Assembly (NCBI RefSeq): GCF_001194135.2
Contig: NC_068992.1
Location: forward strand, 8,182,328 to 8,246,327
DNA length: 64,000 bases
Direction of reading: 5' to 3'
Source of the DNA: Octopus bimaculoides
Lineage: Eukaryota
Positions 26,670 to 39,313 of this stretch are shown here, piece after piece. Both the position numbers and the translations under genes were made by a program. The number at the start of each line of letters is the position of its first letter. Position 1 is the first letter of the stretch. The notes under the pieces were generated by a model. The model made no database searches and was not told the origin of the DNA. It saw only the letters and a list, made by a program, of their open reading frames with translations.

Positions 26670-27600
26670 TATACGGACGAGGGTCGGCTGAAAAATTCAT
26701 AGGTTGATCAAGATATTCTCATGGAATGTGACCAAACGGGGTTTTTATTTTTCAATATAGTTCGCCTTGCAATCCACGTTCTTCTTCCATTGGTGTTGTA
26801 GTGCTTGGATCTCACTGGTGAAGAAGTTTTCATCCATTTGCAAACTGGCGTAGTACTCTCCGTTGATGGCATGGCCCTTTTGGCGTGGTCGATAAATACA
26901 ATGCTTTTGCATCCTCCAAAACTGAGGCCATCACCTTCCCTGCAGATGAAACGACCTTGGGCTTCTTTGGAGCAGGTGAGGAGGAATGCTTCCTCTACAT
27001 AGATTGTCTCTTTGTCTCTGGCTTAGAGTAATGAAGCCAACACTCATCCAGGGTTAGGAAATGTTCAAGGAAATCAGTTGGATCTGCCCGAAATAATGTC
27101 AGATTTTCCCATAATGTTGTGCTATTGATCAGGTGTCAGAAGACATGGCACCCACCCAGCAGAATCCTTTGTCGAGCGAAGTTCCTTGTGAAGAATATTC
27201 TCAACTATCGCACGAGATATGTTAAGACCATTGGTTATTTGATTTATAGTCAATTGCCTGTCATCCATCACCATGTGGTGAATGCGATCAATGTTTTGCT
27301 CGGTGGTGGCAGTTGCAGGATGTCCAGACCTTGGGTTATCTTCAGGATTCTTCTTTTCCCTTCTAAATTCAGTTGCCCACTTTTACACTGTTGATAAAGC
27401 TGGAGGATCATCTCCTCTTGTAGCAACCATGTCTGCATGAATGTCTTTGGAGACTAAACCCTCTGCAGGTACTTGATAACAGCGTGGTGCCAAATTTTGT
27501 CAGTTTTTAAGGGAAAGTCGCTACTATTTAGTTTTGAAGTCTTCTTTGAACTGTCAGATGTCAGTTTACCTGTCTGAAACAAGCATTTACAGGCTCAGAT
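26670..27600 (-). pseudogene. Mariner (Tc1/mariner, DD34D) transposon with a disrupted, internally deleted transposase
   Basis: Reads DKIWHHAVIKYLQ..KDIHADMVAT..VxKWATEFRR..EDNPRSGHP..WVPCLLTPDQ..TLDECWLHY.KPETKRQS..SPAPKKPKVVSSAGKVMASV..KSIVFIDH..GEYYASL, then jumps to C-terminal LQHQWKKNVD..NYIEK. TIR-like ACGAGGGTCGGCTGAAAAATTC at about 26677. The right TIR is not clear. Confidence 0.9.
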
Positions 27601-28724
27601 GTCTTCCAAACAACGGCTTGTTCTGAATACATGCTACAAAAAGCATCTAATGATGTTATACCAGGAGTTATGCTAGCTCCCCATAAAAATAAAATGGAAT
27701 TGATGTATCTATCGTGATACGATCATATGAGGGGTTGTTTCTCATAACTTAAGCTCCAGCTTCTGTAGACACGCCTCTTATTTCGAAAGAACGTGCCACC
27801 AAACTGGCCGGCTTTAGAAGCCTCGTTTTAATCCCTGTGGGCTTGTACTAAACAAGTGTTAGAGTAACTTAGGAGATGAGAAAATATTTGAAAACAATAT
27901 TACATCCATCTTAATCTTTGAAGTAGGGAGAGAAAAAAAAAGCGATACGTGTGAGAGGCGGAAACGCATTCTGTCAGAGACGCTTTTGAGATCGGGGTAA
28001 TATTTTCTCAGAGAGATAAAGATTGGTACAGAACAAAGAAAGAAAGAAAAAAAAATAAAAGCGAAAACAAGAAATGGAGTAAAAAAAGACTAGTCTTTCG
28101 ATCCATCTAGGTAATAGCAGTTCCCACTTAGATCTGGAATGTAAAACTTCCATGATAATTTTTTTTTTAATATATGAGGCAAATATAATTTGAATATGGG
28201 AAAGATTTGACGTGTTACGTAAGGGAGGTTATGGTTGTTGTCGGGGATACATATTAGCCAGTAAATGCTTGTTTCAGACAGGCAATCTAGTTATTGGCGT
28301 AGATTTTACTGAAAAGTAGAAGACTGGCCTAACTGACTAATTTTGTTAAACACTCTTGAAAAATGATAGAAGAAATAATAAGAAAAAGAAGAGATGATAG
28401 ATTTCATTTTAATTAAATTTAATAGAAGAACAGCAACTCCTGATTTGGTGTGGAAGAGAAGTATAGAAAATGAAAAAAAGAAAAGAAAATGTATTATTAT
28501 TTTAACTGAAATAAATTGGAAAAGCAGACTGACCTGGGTGCGTTATGTGAGAGCTCAGGGAGTTAGAGGGAAAGGTGGAGGTAAATATTGGCTTGTAAAA
28601 TTGGTTAAAATAAGAAATGCTTTACCCACACACACCACACTCGCCCACAGAGGGTTAAATGCATACATATTCATCCACTCCAAGCGCATGCATACATATT
28701 TATGTATGTATGTATGTATGTATG

Positions 28725-28760
<36 letters not shown>

Positions 28761-30544
28761 ATTACATACACACAAACACACGCACGCCAATATATATGTA
28801 TATATANNNNNNNNNNNNNNNNNNNNNNNNNNNNNNNNNNNNNNNNNNNNNNNNNNNNNNNNNNNNNNNNNNNNNNNNNNNNNNNNNNNNNNNNNNNNNN
28901 NNNNNNNNNNNNNNNNNNNNNNNNNNNNNNNNNNNNNNNNNNNNNNNNNNNNNNNNNNNNNNNNNNNNNNNNNNNNNNNNNNNNNNNNNNNNNNNNNNNN
29001 NNNNNNNNNNNNNNNNNNNNNNNNNNNNNNNNNNNNNNNNNNNNNNNNNNNNNNNNNNNNNNNNNNNNNNNNNNNNNNNNNNNNNNNNNNNNNNNNNNNN
29101 NNNNNNNNNNNNNNNNNNNNNNNNNNNNNNNNNNNNNNNNNNNNNNNNNNNNNNNNNNNNNNNNNNNNNNNNNNNNNNNNNNNNNCTTCTTCTTCTTCTT
29201 CTTCTTCTTCTTCTTCTTCTTCTTCTTCTTCTTCTTCTTCTTCTTCTTCTTCTTCTTCTTCTTCTTCTTCTTCTTCTTCTTCTTCTTCTTCTTCTTCATT
29301 AATCGAACTGTAAAAATATTTAAAGCATTACAAAATTTTAGTCTATAGCATGCACTTGTATACACGTATAGACATACAAGCATCTGTAAATACACACATA
29401 TATGAGACGTTGTGTGATTAATATGAGGGACTATCTGTTTATGTGCGATGATTACCGTTTTGGACATTAATGTCCCCACTATCTACCTTGTTAAATGATT
29501 TGTTATTCTTCGGATCGCATTCTTTGACGATACGTTTTATTCATGATCGTTTCAATATTTGTCTTAAATATGAATTCGTCATGCGAAGAATCACAAGAAA
29601 TAACAGAGCTTGAAATGACAGCAGTATGGACAACATTGGAAAGAATCGATGAAAAAACAACATCGACAAAGGTAAACGGAATGCTATTAGTTAGAGTTAG
29701 AGAAGAAATCGAAATTATAAAGTGCATTTTTCTTGGTGTTGTAAACATGGTAATGACTTACGTCGAAGCTATTCAATAATTAAAAGAGGAAAAAAACAAA
29801 ACAAAACACATCCTTGTGTTGGTTATATGAATAGAATGAAATTACACTTGGTCAAACTTCGCCCTGAGCTAAATTATTTCACGACAAAACAATTATTACA
29901 GAAACCGATATTGCTTAAACACAACAGAAAGATTGTTGATTGTAATTTCATTTCTTAAAGTGGGAACAATGCACAAATAATAGTAAACAGACGTATTTCC
30001 CGAATACATATATCTACAGTATGTATTGGACTACGTGTGCAATAAACCAGACTCCGACTGTCACGATTTTGCCTCGCTTATGACTAAAGCAGTAACCACA
30101 GTAATTATGTGTATTATGAAATGGGAGGTATAGATAACTGGTATGTCTTCTTAATAAAATGTTTCAAGAAAAGACTGCTTTGTTTTTCAAACTCCCATAG
30201 CAAAAGCGATAAGTCGTTAGGACTGTTAAGCGATCCACTGAGTCAACGCTTCTAGTATTTATCAATAACAACCGAACATATTTACATCTGAGTAATGGCA
30301 CTAGAAGAAGCTCAGCATTAAACAAAGGCAATACAATAAAAACAAAATGTAATCCTAGATTTGGAAGTCAGTAAAAATGATCTCTGGCCCACGGCAGATT
30401 ATCAGCTACCAGGTGATACTCATCAAATGCAAACAACACTCCTCATTGCCAAAAACTGAAAAATAAAAATGAAATATTTGGAGACTAAAAAAAGTTGGAC
30501 ACTAGATTTATATATGATTCTGAAAGCTGAGTTATTTATTTCGA

Positions 30545-30637
30545 TCAATAAACACTCACAACGCCCGGTCTGGGAATCGAAACCGCGATCCTATGACCGC
30601 GAGTCCGCTGCCCTAACCACTGGACCATTGCGCCTCC
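30545..30637 (-). mobile_element. SINE family B tRNA head only
   Basis: Near-identical to the head at 52410-52500. Confidence 0.88.
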
Positions 30638-30961
30638 GCTACAAGTCATGATGTAGTGATCAGAAAACCGTACATTGCAACCCGTAGGAAGTATAGTCTT
30701 GAAGCTCAAAATATATAAGAAGTCAAAGTGATATATAGGATACAGTTTACCTATTAAATAACAGAAAACTGACGGAAAGTCCGTGTAAGAATTTCTGAAG
30801 AAATATAAACGCATCAGACGAAGCTTAAAGATCTATGGGGAAAAAAAACAGTTGCAGAAATCAATTGTTATTTTAAAAGCAAAAGAGTATATTTATAGAT
30901 TTTATCAAACATTGCGTAAAAGATACATATAAGCACCCCGTCTCTATGTAGGCGTAGGCGT

Positions 30962-31125
30962 AGGCATGGCTGTGTGGTAATAAATCATCTTTTCGATCAC
31001 ATGGTTCCGGGTTTAGTTTGACTGTGTGGCATTTTGAACACGTGTGTTCTACTATAGCCTTGGGCCGCCCAAATCTTTGTGAGTACATTTGGTAGACGGA
31101 AACTGAAAGAAGCCCGTCATATATA
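30962..31125 (+). mobile_element. SINE family A 5' half leading into (TG)/(CA)n
   Basis: GGCATGGCTGTGTGGTAA head; TTGGTAGACGGAAACTGAAAGAAGCCCGTC end. Confidence 0.85.
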
Positions 31126-31517
31126 TATATACGTGTGTGTGTGTATGTGTGTGTGTGTCTGCCTCTGCATCGCTTTACACAGAACTACACACACACACAA
31201 ACAGACACACACACACACACACGTACACACATACGCACGCACACACACACATACATACACACACACACGCACGCACACACATACACACACACGAACACAT
31301 ATACATTTACATATACACACATGTATGCTTATATACATATATAAACACACACATACATAGAAACACAAATACCTTAAAGAATAAAGCTAATACCTTATAG
31401 GAAAGTAGGAACCTCTTCATAAGCACGCACTCACACTTTGATGGAAAAGTATGTGTGTGTTTATATGTATCCATGCCTATATACATTACATATGTATATA
31501 CACATATACACATGTAT

Positions 31518-31581
<64 letters not shown>

Positions 31582-31817
31582 GTATGTATGTATTTTATGT
31601 ACATATAATGGAGATTGAATGGGAATAGCGACTCTTCTATTATCCAAATGAGTCCTTTTGTATGAACATCACGTACAGTATTGGTTACGGTTCCGCTTCT
31701 GGAAACAATTATGGTACAGTCGACAATGCTCTCTTGCCCTGCCAATTCGGTCAATATTTATCTATCCATCCATCTATCTATTTATCTATCTATCTGCCTG
31801 TCTGTCTATGCGTCTCC

Positions 31818-31849
<32 letters not shown>

Positions 31850-32355
31850 NNNNNNNNNNNNNNNNNNNNNNNNNNNNNNNNNNNNNNNNNNNNNNNNNNN
31901 NNNNNNNNNNNNNNNNNNNNNNNNNNNNNNNNNNNNNNNNNNNNNNNNNNNNNNNNNNNNNNNNNNNNNNNNNNNNNNNNNNNNNNNNNNNNNNNNNNTA
32001 TATATATATATATATATATATGTATATGTATATATATATGTGTGTGTGTGCATGTGTGTGTGTGCATGTGTGTGTGCGTGTATGTGCGTGTGTGTGTATA
32101 AATATAAAAGATAAGATATTGTGTGTTATTTTAACAAAAATATTAACGATACTAATTATTTCCCAAATATTGATTGTTTTTCAGCTGCCAATACTTTGTA
32201 AGTTTGATTACATTGAGAAAATTAATCAATCGATTAATTAATTTACTTCTTTATTGTATATCTTGAACCATTTGACAACAAAGGTGCAAAGCACTGATAC
32301 CAGTCAGATTTTAACTGAAAAGTTTTTGGCTTTGGGTAAAAGAAAATACTAGGCA

Positions 32356-32523
32356 ATCAATTAATTATGATTTTATTCGGCATAATCCCCTCTCAGATTC
32401 ATACACTTATTGCAGCAGTCCTTAAGTTTTTCTAAGCCCAGTAAAAGAATTCAAAAGTTTGGGTCTCCGACAAGCCCTTTCGCGATATCCTTAAAGCCAG
32501 GAACTTTTCAGTAACCCTTTGTA
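32356..32523 (-). mobile_element. Mariner-derived MITE, one TIR missing
   Basis: Reverse complement of the MITE at 59300-59516; ends TTAAAGCCAGGAACTTTTCAGTAACCCTTTGTA. Confidence 0.8.
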
Positions 32524-33945
32524 AATTCTCTTTATTGTCTTAAAAAAAAAAGTGAAAGAACTGTGTGCAACTGCTTTTTTTTTTCTAACTTTAATGTTAC
32601 GGTGCATTCACGAGGTGGTTATTAACGTGTCACTATTTTTTTCTGATTTCAATAAGTTTCGAGCTTCGCTTTAAGACCATTACGTACACAACACTGACAA
32701 ACATATCTGCGTCCGAATCTACTGGAATATATCAAAAATAAATATGCAAATCATCATTTAAAATCTCACTGTACAGAGTGCAAATTACGATTTTTAATTG
32801 GTTGGTAGATATCAAAACTGATAAACAATCAATTTGTCCGCTGAAATAATAAACAAATCCACTATTTTATAATATTGTGATTAAAATGAAAGAACACGAC
32901 TTACTAATTCATTCTTAAAACGTTCCGGCATATTCGAACGTAAATATGCTAATCGCTGTTGTATTTCGTCACTGGAGATCAACTTCCTACAGACGAATAT
33001 ATTTTCCTAACACAACCAATTCATTAGCGTAAGGAGAAATTAGGACGACCATTGTTTCGACATTGTTGTGCCTTCTCAGCCAAAGCTACTCCGGACAAAT
33101 GAGTCTAAGAACATTGTAGCTCTTGTTTATAACTTCAGCAAAATAAAGAAAATAAATCAAATGCTTATGCGTGCTTATATCTTTCAAATAATCATTTATT
33201 AAAGTAAACTAATTTCCTATCAATTCTGTTACTAGAAATATCACATGTTTGAACGTCTTGCAAACGTCTTATTAATTTTATAATCAATAAAATGAGATGA
33301 AGAATAGCCTTTTATATTTTTATGAAACAGTTTTAATGTTAAAGTAGAGCTTTGAATATGCTTCTACCCGATTTGCTCCAGTAATTTCCAGTTTGATCTC
33401 CACTGCATCACAACGAATAAAATACAACTGACAACCATTGATTTCGGAGGAATTTCAACCATGTTTCGTGGTCTGCTACCACAACCGCTTCTTTATAGGA
33501 TCCAATTATCTCATTACCGAATTTTTAAAACTGATAGGTATGATTTGAATAAGTTTTCACTGATATATCCAACATTTCGAACGGCTTTAAGGAGTATTCC
33601 TCTTAGATTCGCGACCTATCGTTTATTGCGAATGGTGCAAACGTATAACTACGTATACCTGAGTATGAAGAAATCATCATCACTGTTGTTGTTGTTTACT
33701 TACTTTGACGAAGCAAAATGGAAATGTTTCGCAGACCAACGTTGTCTTGTACGAAAAATTGTGACTATGAAAGAAATCAATAGTCTGCTAAAGAAATCGA
33801 TAATAGTTGAGTAAGAAGGCAAACAGTGGAAGGAGTTAGAAACGGTTCCATGATTAAGAATTATATTTTGTGCATTTATATTTTTATTCGTTGTTATTAT
33901 TCTTATTAATTTCATCGTCATTATAATCATCGTCGTTGTCATCAT

Positions 33946-33986
<41 letters not shown>

Positions 33987-34076
33987 TCATTGTCGTCATC
34001 ATCGTCATCACCATCCGCCTCCTCATCCTCCTCTTTATCATCATCGACGTCATCGTCACTGTCTTCGCCATCGTTG

Positions 34077-34108
<32 letters not shown>

Positions 34109-34120
34109 GTCGTTGTCGTC

Positions 34121-34294
34121 ATGCTTAGTGACACTTCTTCCGGTTTTATATTCTGAGTTCAAATTCCGATGAGATTGACGGTGCTTTTCAACCTTTCGGG
34201 GTCGATAAAATAAGAACCAACCGAGCACTGAGGTCGATGTAATCCACTTACCCACTCCCCCGAAATTGCTGGCATTCTGCCAAAATTTGAAACC
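34121..34294 (+). mobile_element. SINE family C lying between (CAT)n and (ATT)n microsatellites
   Basis: GAGTTCAAATTCC, GGGGTCGATAAAATAAG, tail CAAAATTTGAAACC. Confidence 0.85.
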
Positions 34295-34302
34295 ATTATT
34301 AC

Positions 34303-34359
<57 letters not shown>

Positions 34360-34539
34360 TGTTGTTGTTGTAGTTGTTGCTGTTGCTGTTGTTGTTGTTG
34401 TTATTATTATTATTATTATTATTGTTGTTGTTATTATTATTAATATTATTATTATTATTATTATTATTATCATCATCATTATTATCATTTCGTTAGTGCA
34501 TGTTAATTTAGCTAGCAAGTATTTAATATTGAGGTTTGG

Positions 34540-35590
34540 CGATAACAAGTCTCCTCATATCTCTAGAATCTTTCTTTGGATTCTTGCAGAATATAAGGGA
34601 GTAGTTTTCTGCACGTTGACAATGCAAGTTTCAATTCCGGTTTCTTTCAGTCTTTTAGGCAGCATTTTGGTCGTTGCACCAAGTGCACCAATTACTACAG
34701 AAATAACTGTTGCCTTGGTCTTCCACAATTTCCTCAGCTCTCTGGCTGGATACTGATATTTCTGAAGTTTTCAATATCTTTCCTCTTGACGCTGCTATCA
34801 TTGGGATTTGCAAAATCTATGATCTTCACTTGTCCCCTATAATCATGCCTGATCTTTTTGCCTCAATAGTATGGTCAGTCTTTATGGCGAAGTCTCCCAA
34901 GATCTTGTAATTCTCATTTTCTATCACAGCCTCTTGTTCATGTTTATGCCACTTTTCTGTTGTTCTGAAGCCACATACTCGGTTAGCACCCCACTGCACT
35001 CTTTTGCCTACACGGTCAAGTCTGCGCTAATACACCTCTTTGTGCTAGTATACTGCAGCCACTCAAAATGTTATTAATACTCTCGCCTCTTTTCTTGCAG
35101 ATTCTACATTTGTTGTCTGAATAACTTTTGTCAATCTATGTCTTTATCAGATTTATTCTAAGAGCTTGTTCCTGAGCGGCTATAATTAGCATTTCTGTCT
35201 CTCATTTCAAGTTCCTGTCCGTTAACCAAAACCAGCGATCTTCACTTTCAACACTCTCAGTATGTTGCATGAATTAACCATACAATTGCATTTCTATCCG
35301 CTTGTTTATTTTGCTGTTCTTCATTTCCTCTTTGAATTCTCATACTGTTCCAGTCACTTTTTGGGGTATATCTGAGTGCCAAAAGTATTCTTTCTTTACT
35401 CAGCACAACGTAAATTTTCAAACCCAGCATCATAGTACTAAAAGTGTCTTCTGCAGTTAGTAATCCTCTGTCACCTTCCTTTCTAGGTAGATTGAGTCGA
35501 TCGGTATTACTTTTAGGACGGAATGCGTTGTACATTGTGAGCAGCTTTGTAGTTCTTCTAACCAAGTTTTCTAGCTCCCTGTGGGCAATA
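34540..35590 (-). pseudogene. Non-LTR retrotransposon with a restriction-like endonuclease (R4/Dong-like), 3' part, degraded
   Basis: Reads RRTTKLLTMYNAFRPKSNTDRLNLPRKEGDRGL, ESINNILSGCSILAQ (zinc-knuckle region), KWHKHEQEAVIENENYKILGDFAIKTDHTIEAK, LWKTKATVISVVIGALGATTKML..VQKTTPLYSARI..ILEI*. The 3' end runs into an (AAT)n/(AAC)n tract at 34300-34490. Confidence 0.88.
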
Positions 35591-35593
35591 AAG

Positions 35594-35624
<31 letters not shown>

Positions 35625-36261
35625 NNNNNNNNNNNNNNNNNNNNNNNNNNNNNNNNNNNNNNNNNNNNNNNNNNNNNNNNNNNNNNNNNNNNNNNNNNNN
35701 NNNNNNNNNNNNNNNNNNNNNNNNNNNNNNNNNNNNNNNNNNNNNNNNNNNNNNNNNNNNNNNNNNNNNNNNNNNNNNNNNNNNNNNNNNNNNNNNNNNN
35801 NNNNNNNNNNNNNNNNNNNNNNNNNNNNNNNNNNNNNNNNNNNNNNNNNNNNNNNNNNNNNNNNNNNNNNNNNNNNNNNNNNNNNNNNNNNNNNNNNNNN
35901 NNNNNNNNNNNNNNNNNNNNNNNNNNNNNNNNNNNNNNNNNNNNNNNNNNNNNNNNNNNNNNNNNNNNNNNNNNNNNNNNNNNNNNNNNNNNNNNNNNNN
36001 NNNNNNNNNNNNNNNNNNNNNNNNNNNNNNNNNNNNNNNNNNNNNNNNNNNNNNNNNNNNNNNNNNNNNNNNNNNNNNNNNNNNNNNNNNNNNNNNNNNN
36101 NNNNNNNNNNNNNNNNNNNNNNNNNNNNNNNNNNNNNNNNNNNNNNNNNNNNNNNNNNNNNNNNNNNNNNNNNNNNNNNNNNNNNNNNNNNNNNNNNNNN
36201 NNNNNNNNNNNNNNNNNNNNNNNNNNNNNNNNNNNNNNNNNNNNNNNNNNNNNNNNNNNNN

Positions 36262-36325
<64 letters not shown>

Positions 36326-36689
36326 TAGCAATTTGCAAATACTCGCTGTTATCACCTTCACAGACACTTTGAAGTGTCGATGTAGGCCGTCCAAGCTACA
36401 TCTATTAACCAATGAAAACTGAGCGAGATAACACATGATCCATAAATCTGAGATGCGAATTAAATTGACGTATGAAAAGTATATATAATAAATTACATTA
36501 TATCATATTTTTTGTATAATTGCCCAGTTTACATCTGTCTTATTTTTTTCTTGAAGTCGGCCTGGAATGCCAGTAAATCCGCCCCTCTCCACCCCGTAGC
36601 CTTTTTATCATGAAAAGTATTTCTACGGCGATAAGAATGAAAGACAGATTATGTTAGGAATATACACAGTAAAATAGAAACTTTTCAGT

Positions 36690-36839
36690 CAGTGCCGTAT
36701 TTACCGAGAAGCTTAGGGCAGCAAAATCAAGGAGGCTTCCGGTTAATTTATATAATATTTTTGACAGTGTAGAAGGTCTATTGGGATGGCTTCAAAAGTG
36801 GAATAGACTTGAGCCTCTCTTTACTTAAATCTGGCAATG
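36690..36839. mobile_element. Small MITE-like element with imperfect TIRs
   Basis: Left CAGTGCCGTATTTA versus right (reverse complement) CATTGCCAGATTTA. Confidence 0.5.
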
Positions 36840-36892
36840 ATTGTAATTTAAACAATTATAGCGCAGAAGACATATTAGCAATTTAAAAAGAT

Positions 36893-37015
36893 AAAAACTG
36901 TTAACTTCAGTTAAATATTTATTATTTGGTGTCAAAGTTTGAGTCGCAACAATTTGCGATCCGGTCACTGACACGACACCAAATAATGAATTTTTAAATA
37001 CAGCTAACAGTTTTT
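36893..37015. repeat. ~123-bp imperfect palindrome (fold-back element)
   Basis: Outer arms AAAAACTGTTAACT/AGCTAACAGTTTTT have 1 mismatch. A perfect 13-bp arm pair ATTATTTGGTGTC/GACACCAAATAAT lies inside, with a central TCGCAA..TTGCGA hairpin. Confidence 0.75.
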
Positions 37016-37342
37016 GTGTGTTTCTGAATGACTAATGTGTATCGTCCACGCAGGAATTGTTTTACTTTTAACACACGGTCTCAGATCACATTACTTGCCA
37101 GGCAAGTACACTTCCGAAATTTCAGTCAAGGTACCTGAAAAAAAAAAAAAAAAAGAAAAAAGCTTCCAACGGTTTATTTCGAAAATTGGCTATGGTTTAG
37201 TTTGAAATTTCAAACATCCGGTAATTTTATAGTTACCAACACTAGAGTTGCTGGCAGTAGATTCCAGCATTAATTCCATTTTACTTCTCGGAGCTCTTGA
37301 TTTCACTTATTCCGTATAATTCTCTAAGAGCGGACAACAACC

Positions 37343-37535
37343 TGTAGGATCTCACAGGGTCTCTATTGTATCGATGCCCCCAGACGATGAAGTAGGCTAG
37401 CCCAATACGTAGATATAGAGGGAGAAGTCTAGACGTCGGGGAAGTTGAGTAGAGGTCATCTGAACGTGCGATATAACAGTGGCGACGAGGATTTCGTAGC
37501 TCACACAGCCACTGTGTAGTATTGCGATATAACAG
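37343..37535 (+). mobile_element. Putative Gypsy-type LTR (TG...TAACA) followed by a tRNA-Ser(GCT) primer-binding site; internal region essentially lost
   Basis: TGTAGG at 37343 and TATAACA ending at 37478. TGGCGACGAGGAT (37480-37492) is the complement of the last 13 nt of tRNA-Ser(GCU) including CCA. The LTR left boundary is inferred. Confidence 0.6.
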
Positions 37536-38091
37536 TCTCTTTCCACGATACTTAATATCTCAAAATCCTCATTGTCCCCCAAAAAGCAGTTTTCTGGGAA
37601 TGTTCTACCTCATGCCAATTTCTCCATTGTTATTATTGTCATTTTCATTAGCATCTTCTTTCAATTCTGTTTCTTTTTCTTGCTGAGTGTGTTATGGCTA
37701 TCCTTAACCAATTAAGATGAGAGTATTTTAAATTTTCTGTAACAAATATAACAAAAAATCTGATACAAAATTCGCCTGTCTTTAGGAACAACTACAACAA
37801 AATCCAAAATATGAACAACAACAAATTCTTATCGGAAATAAATATCAAAAGAACAATAGTACGTATGACAGAAGATACGACATAATTCACATTTATTTTA
37901 GTTCACAGAAGAGTCTCTTAAGATCGATTAAAATTGAAAGCAAACAAACAAGCCATTTCAGGAAAATGACATATCCGGCAAAAAAATAAAGATAAAAAAT
38001 AAAAAATTTTAAATTTCCGCTAAGGATTACGTGTCAAAATATAAGTTATTTTTTCACACAAATGAAATCGTCGTTGTTAACTCGAGTAAAA

Positions 38092-38603
38092 TATGAGGAG
38101 TACCCAGAAGTAACTGGAAACGTTCTCTGTAGTTCAGGCTTCCGCTGCTAGAAGCCACTTGGTGCGACCCGCAGGCATCAGTCTATCGACCAGCGGCGTC
38201 GAGTGGAGTCGGACTGCCACGTGGTGCGTTTTTGTTTTGCAGCGCTTCTCCTCTATTCGTCGATTTTTGTGATAGCTGAAGCGAAGGGACAGCGTGATTC
38301 CGTGAAAGTCTGTTTTCTGCTAGGGAAAGCCGCGGCTGAAACAGTTGTCATGCTTCAAACAACTTACAAGGATGCTGCCATGAGCAAAACACAAGTCTAC
38401 GAGTGGTTTCACGCTTCAGGAATGGTCACTTATCTCTTGAAGACCAACCTCGTTCAGGACGACGGTCGACCTCCCGAACGAAAGAAAAAATGAAAATTCA
38501 TGAACTGATCTTGGAAGACTGTCACCGAACAATTAACGAACTTGATACGACTGGTGTATCCTGGAGCTCCTGCTAACGAATTTTGATCGAAGAATTGCGA
38601 ATG
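38092..38603 (+). pseudogene. Mariner transposon 5' end with the transposase N-terminal HTH region, cut by an assembly gap
   Basis: Reads QRDSVKVCFLLGKAAAETVVMLQTTYKDAAMSKTQVYEWF..GHLSLEDQPRSGRRSTSRT..KIHELILED..TGVSWSSC*RILIEELRM. TIR-like TATGAGGAGTACCCAGAAGTAAC at 38092. Confidence 0.9.
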
Positions 38604-39266
38604 NNNNNNNNNNNNNNNNNNNNNNNNNNNNNNNNNNNNNNNNNNNNNNNNNNNNNNNNNNNNNNNNNNNNNNNNNNNNNNNNNNNNNNNNNNNNNNNNN
38701 NNNNNNNNNNNNNNNNNNNNNNNNNNNNNNNNNNNNNNNNNNNNNNNNNNNNNNNNNNNNNNNNNNNNNNNNNNNNNNNNNNNNNNNNNNNNNNNNNNNN
38801 NNNNNNNNNNNNNNNNNNNNNNNNNNNNNNNNNNNNNNNNNNNNNNNNNNNNNNNNNNNNNNNNNNNNNNNNNNNNNNNNNNNNNNNNNNNNNNNNNNNN
38901 NNNNNNNNNNNNNNNNNNNNNNNNNNNNNNNNNNNNNNNNNNNNNNNNNNNNNNNNNNNNNNNNNNNNNNNNNNNNNNNNNNNNNNNNNNNNNNNNNNNN
39001 NNNNNNNNNNNNNNNNNNNNNNNNNNNNNNNNNNNNNNNNNNNNNNNNNNNNNNNNNNNNNNNNNNNNNNNNNNNNNNNNNNNNNNNNNNNNNNNNNNNN
39101 NNNNNNNNNNNNNNNNNNNNNNNNNNNNNNNNNNNNNNNNNNNNNNNNNNNNNNNNNNNNNNNNNNNNNNNNNNNNNNNNNNNNNNNNNNNNNNNNNNNN
39201 NNNNNNNNNNNNNNNNNNNNNNNNNNNNNNNNNNNNNNNNNNNNNNNNNNNNNNNNNNNNNNNNNN

Positions 39267-39313
<47 letters not shown>

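Noticed and set aside
33884-34255. Acidic poly-D/poly-A ORF
   Set aside because: It is a SINE C reverse frame plus (GAT)/(GCT) microsatellites.
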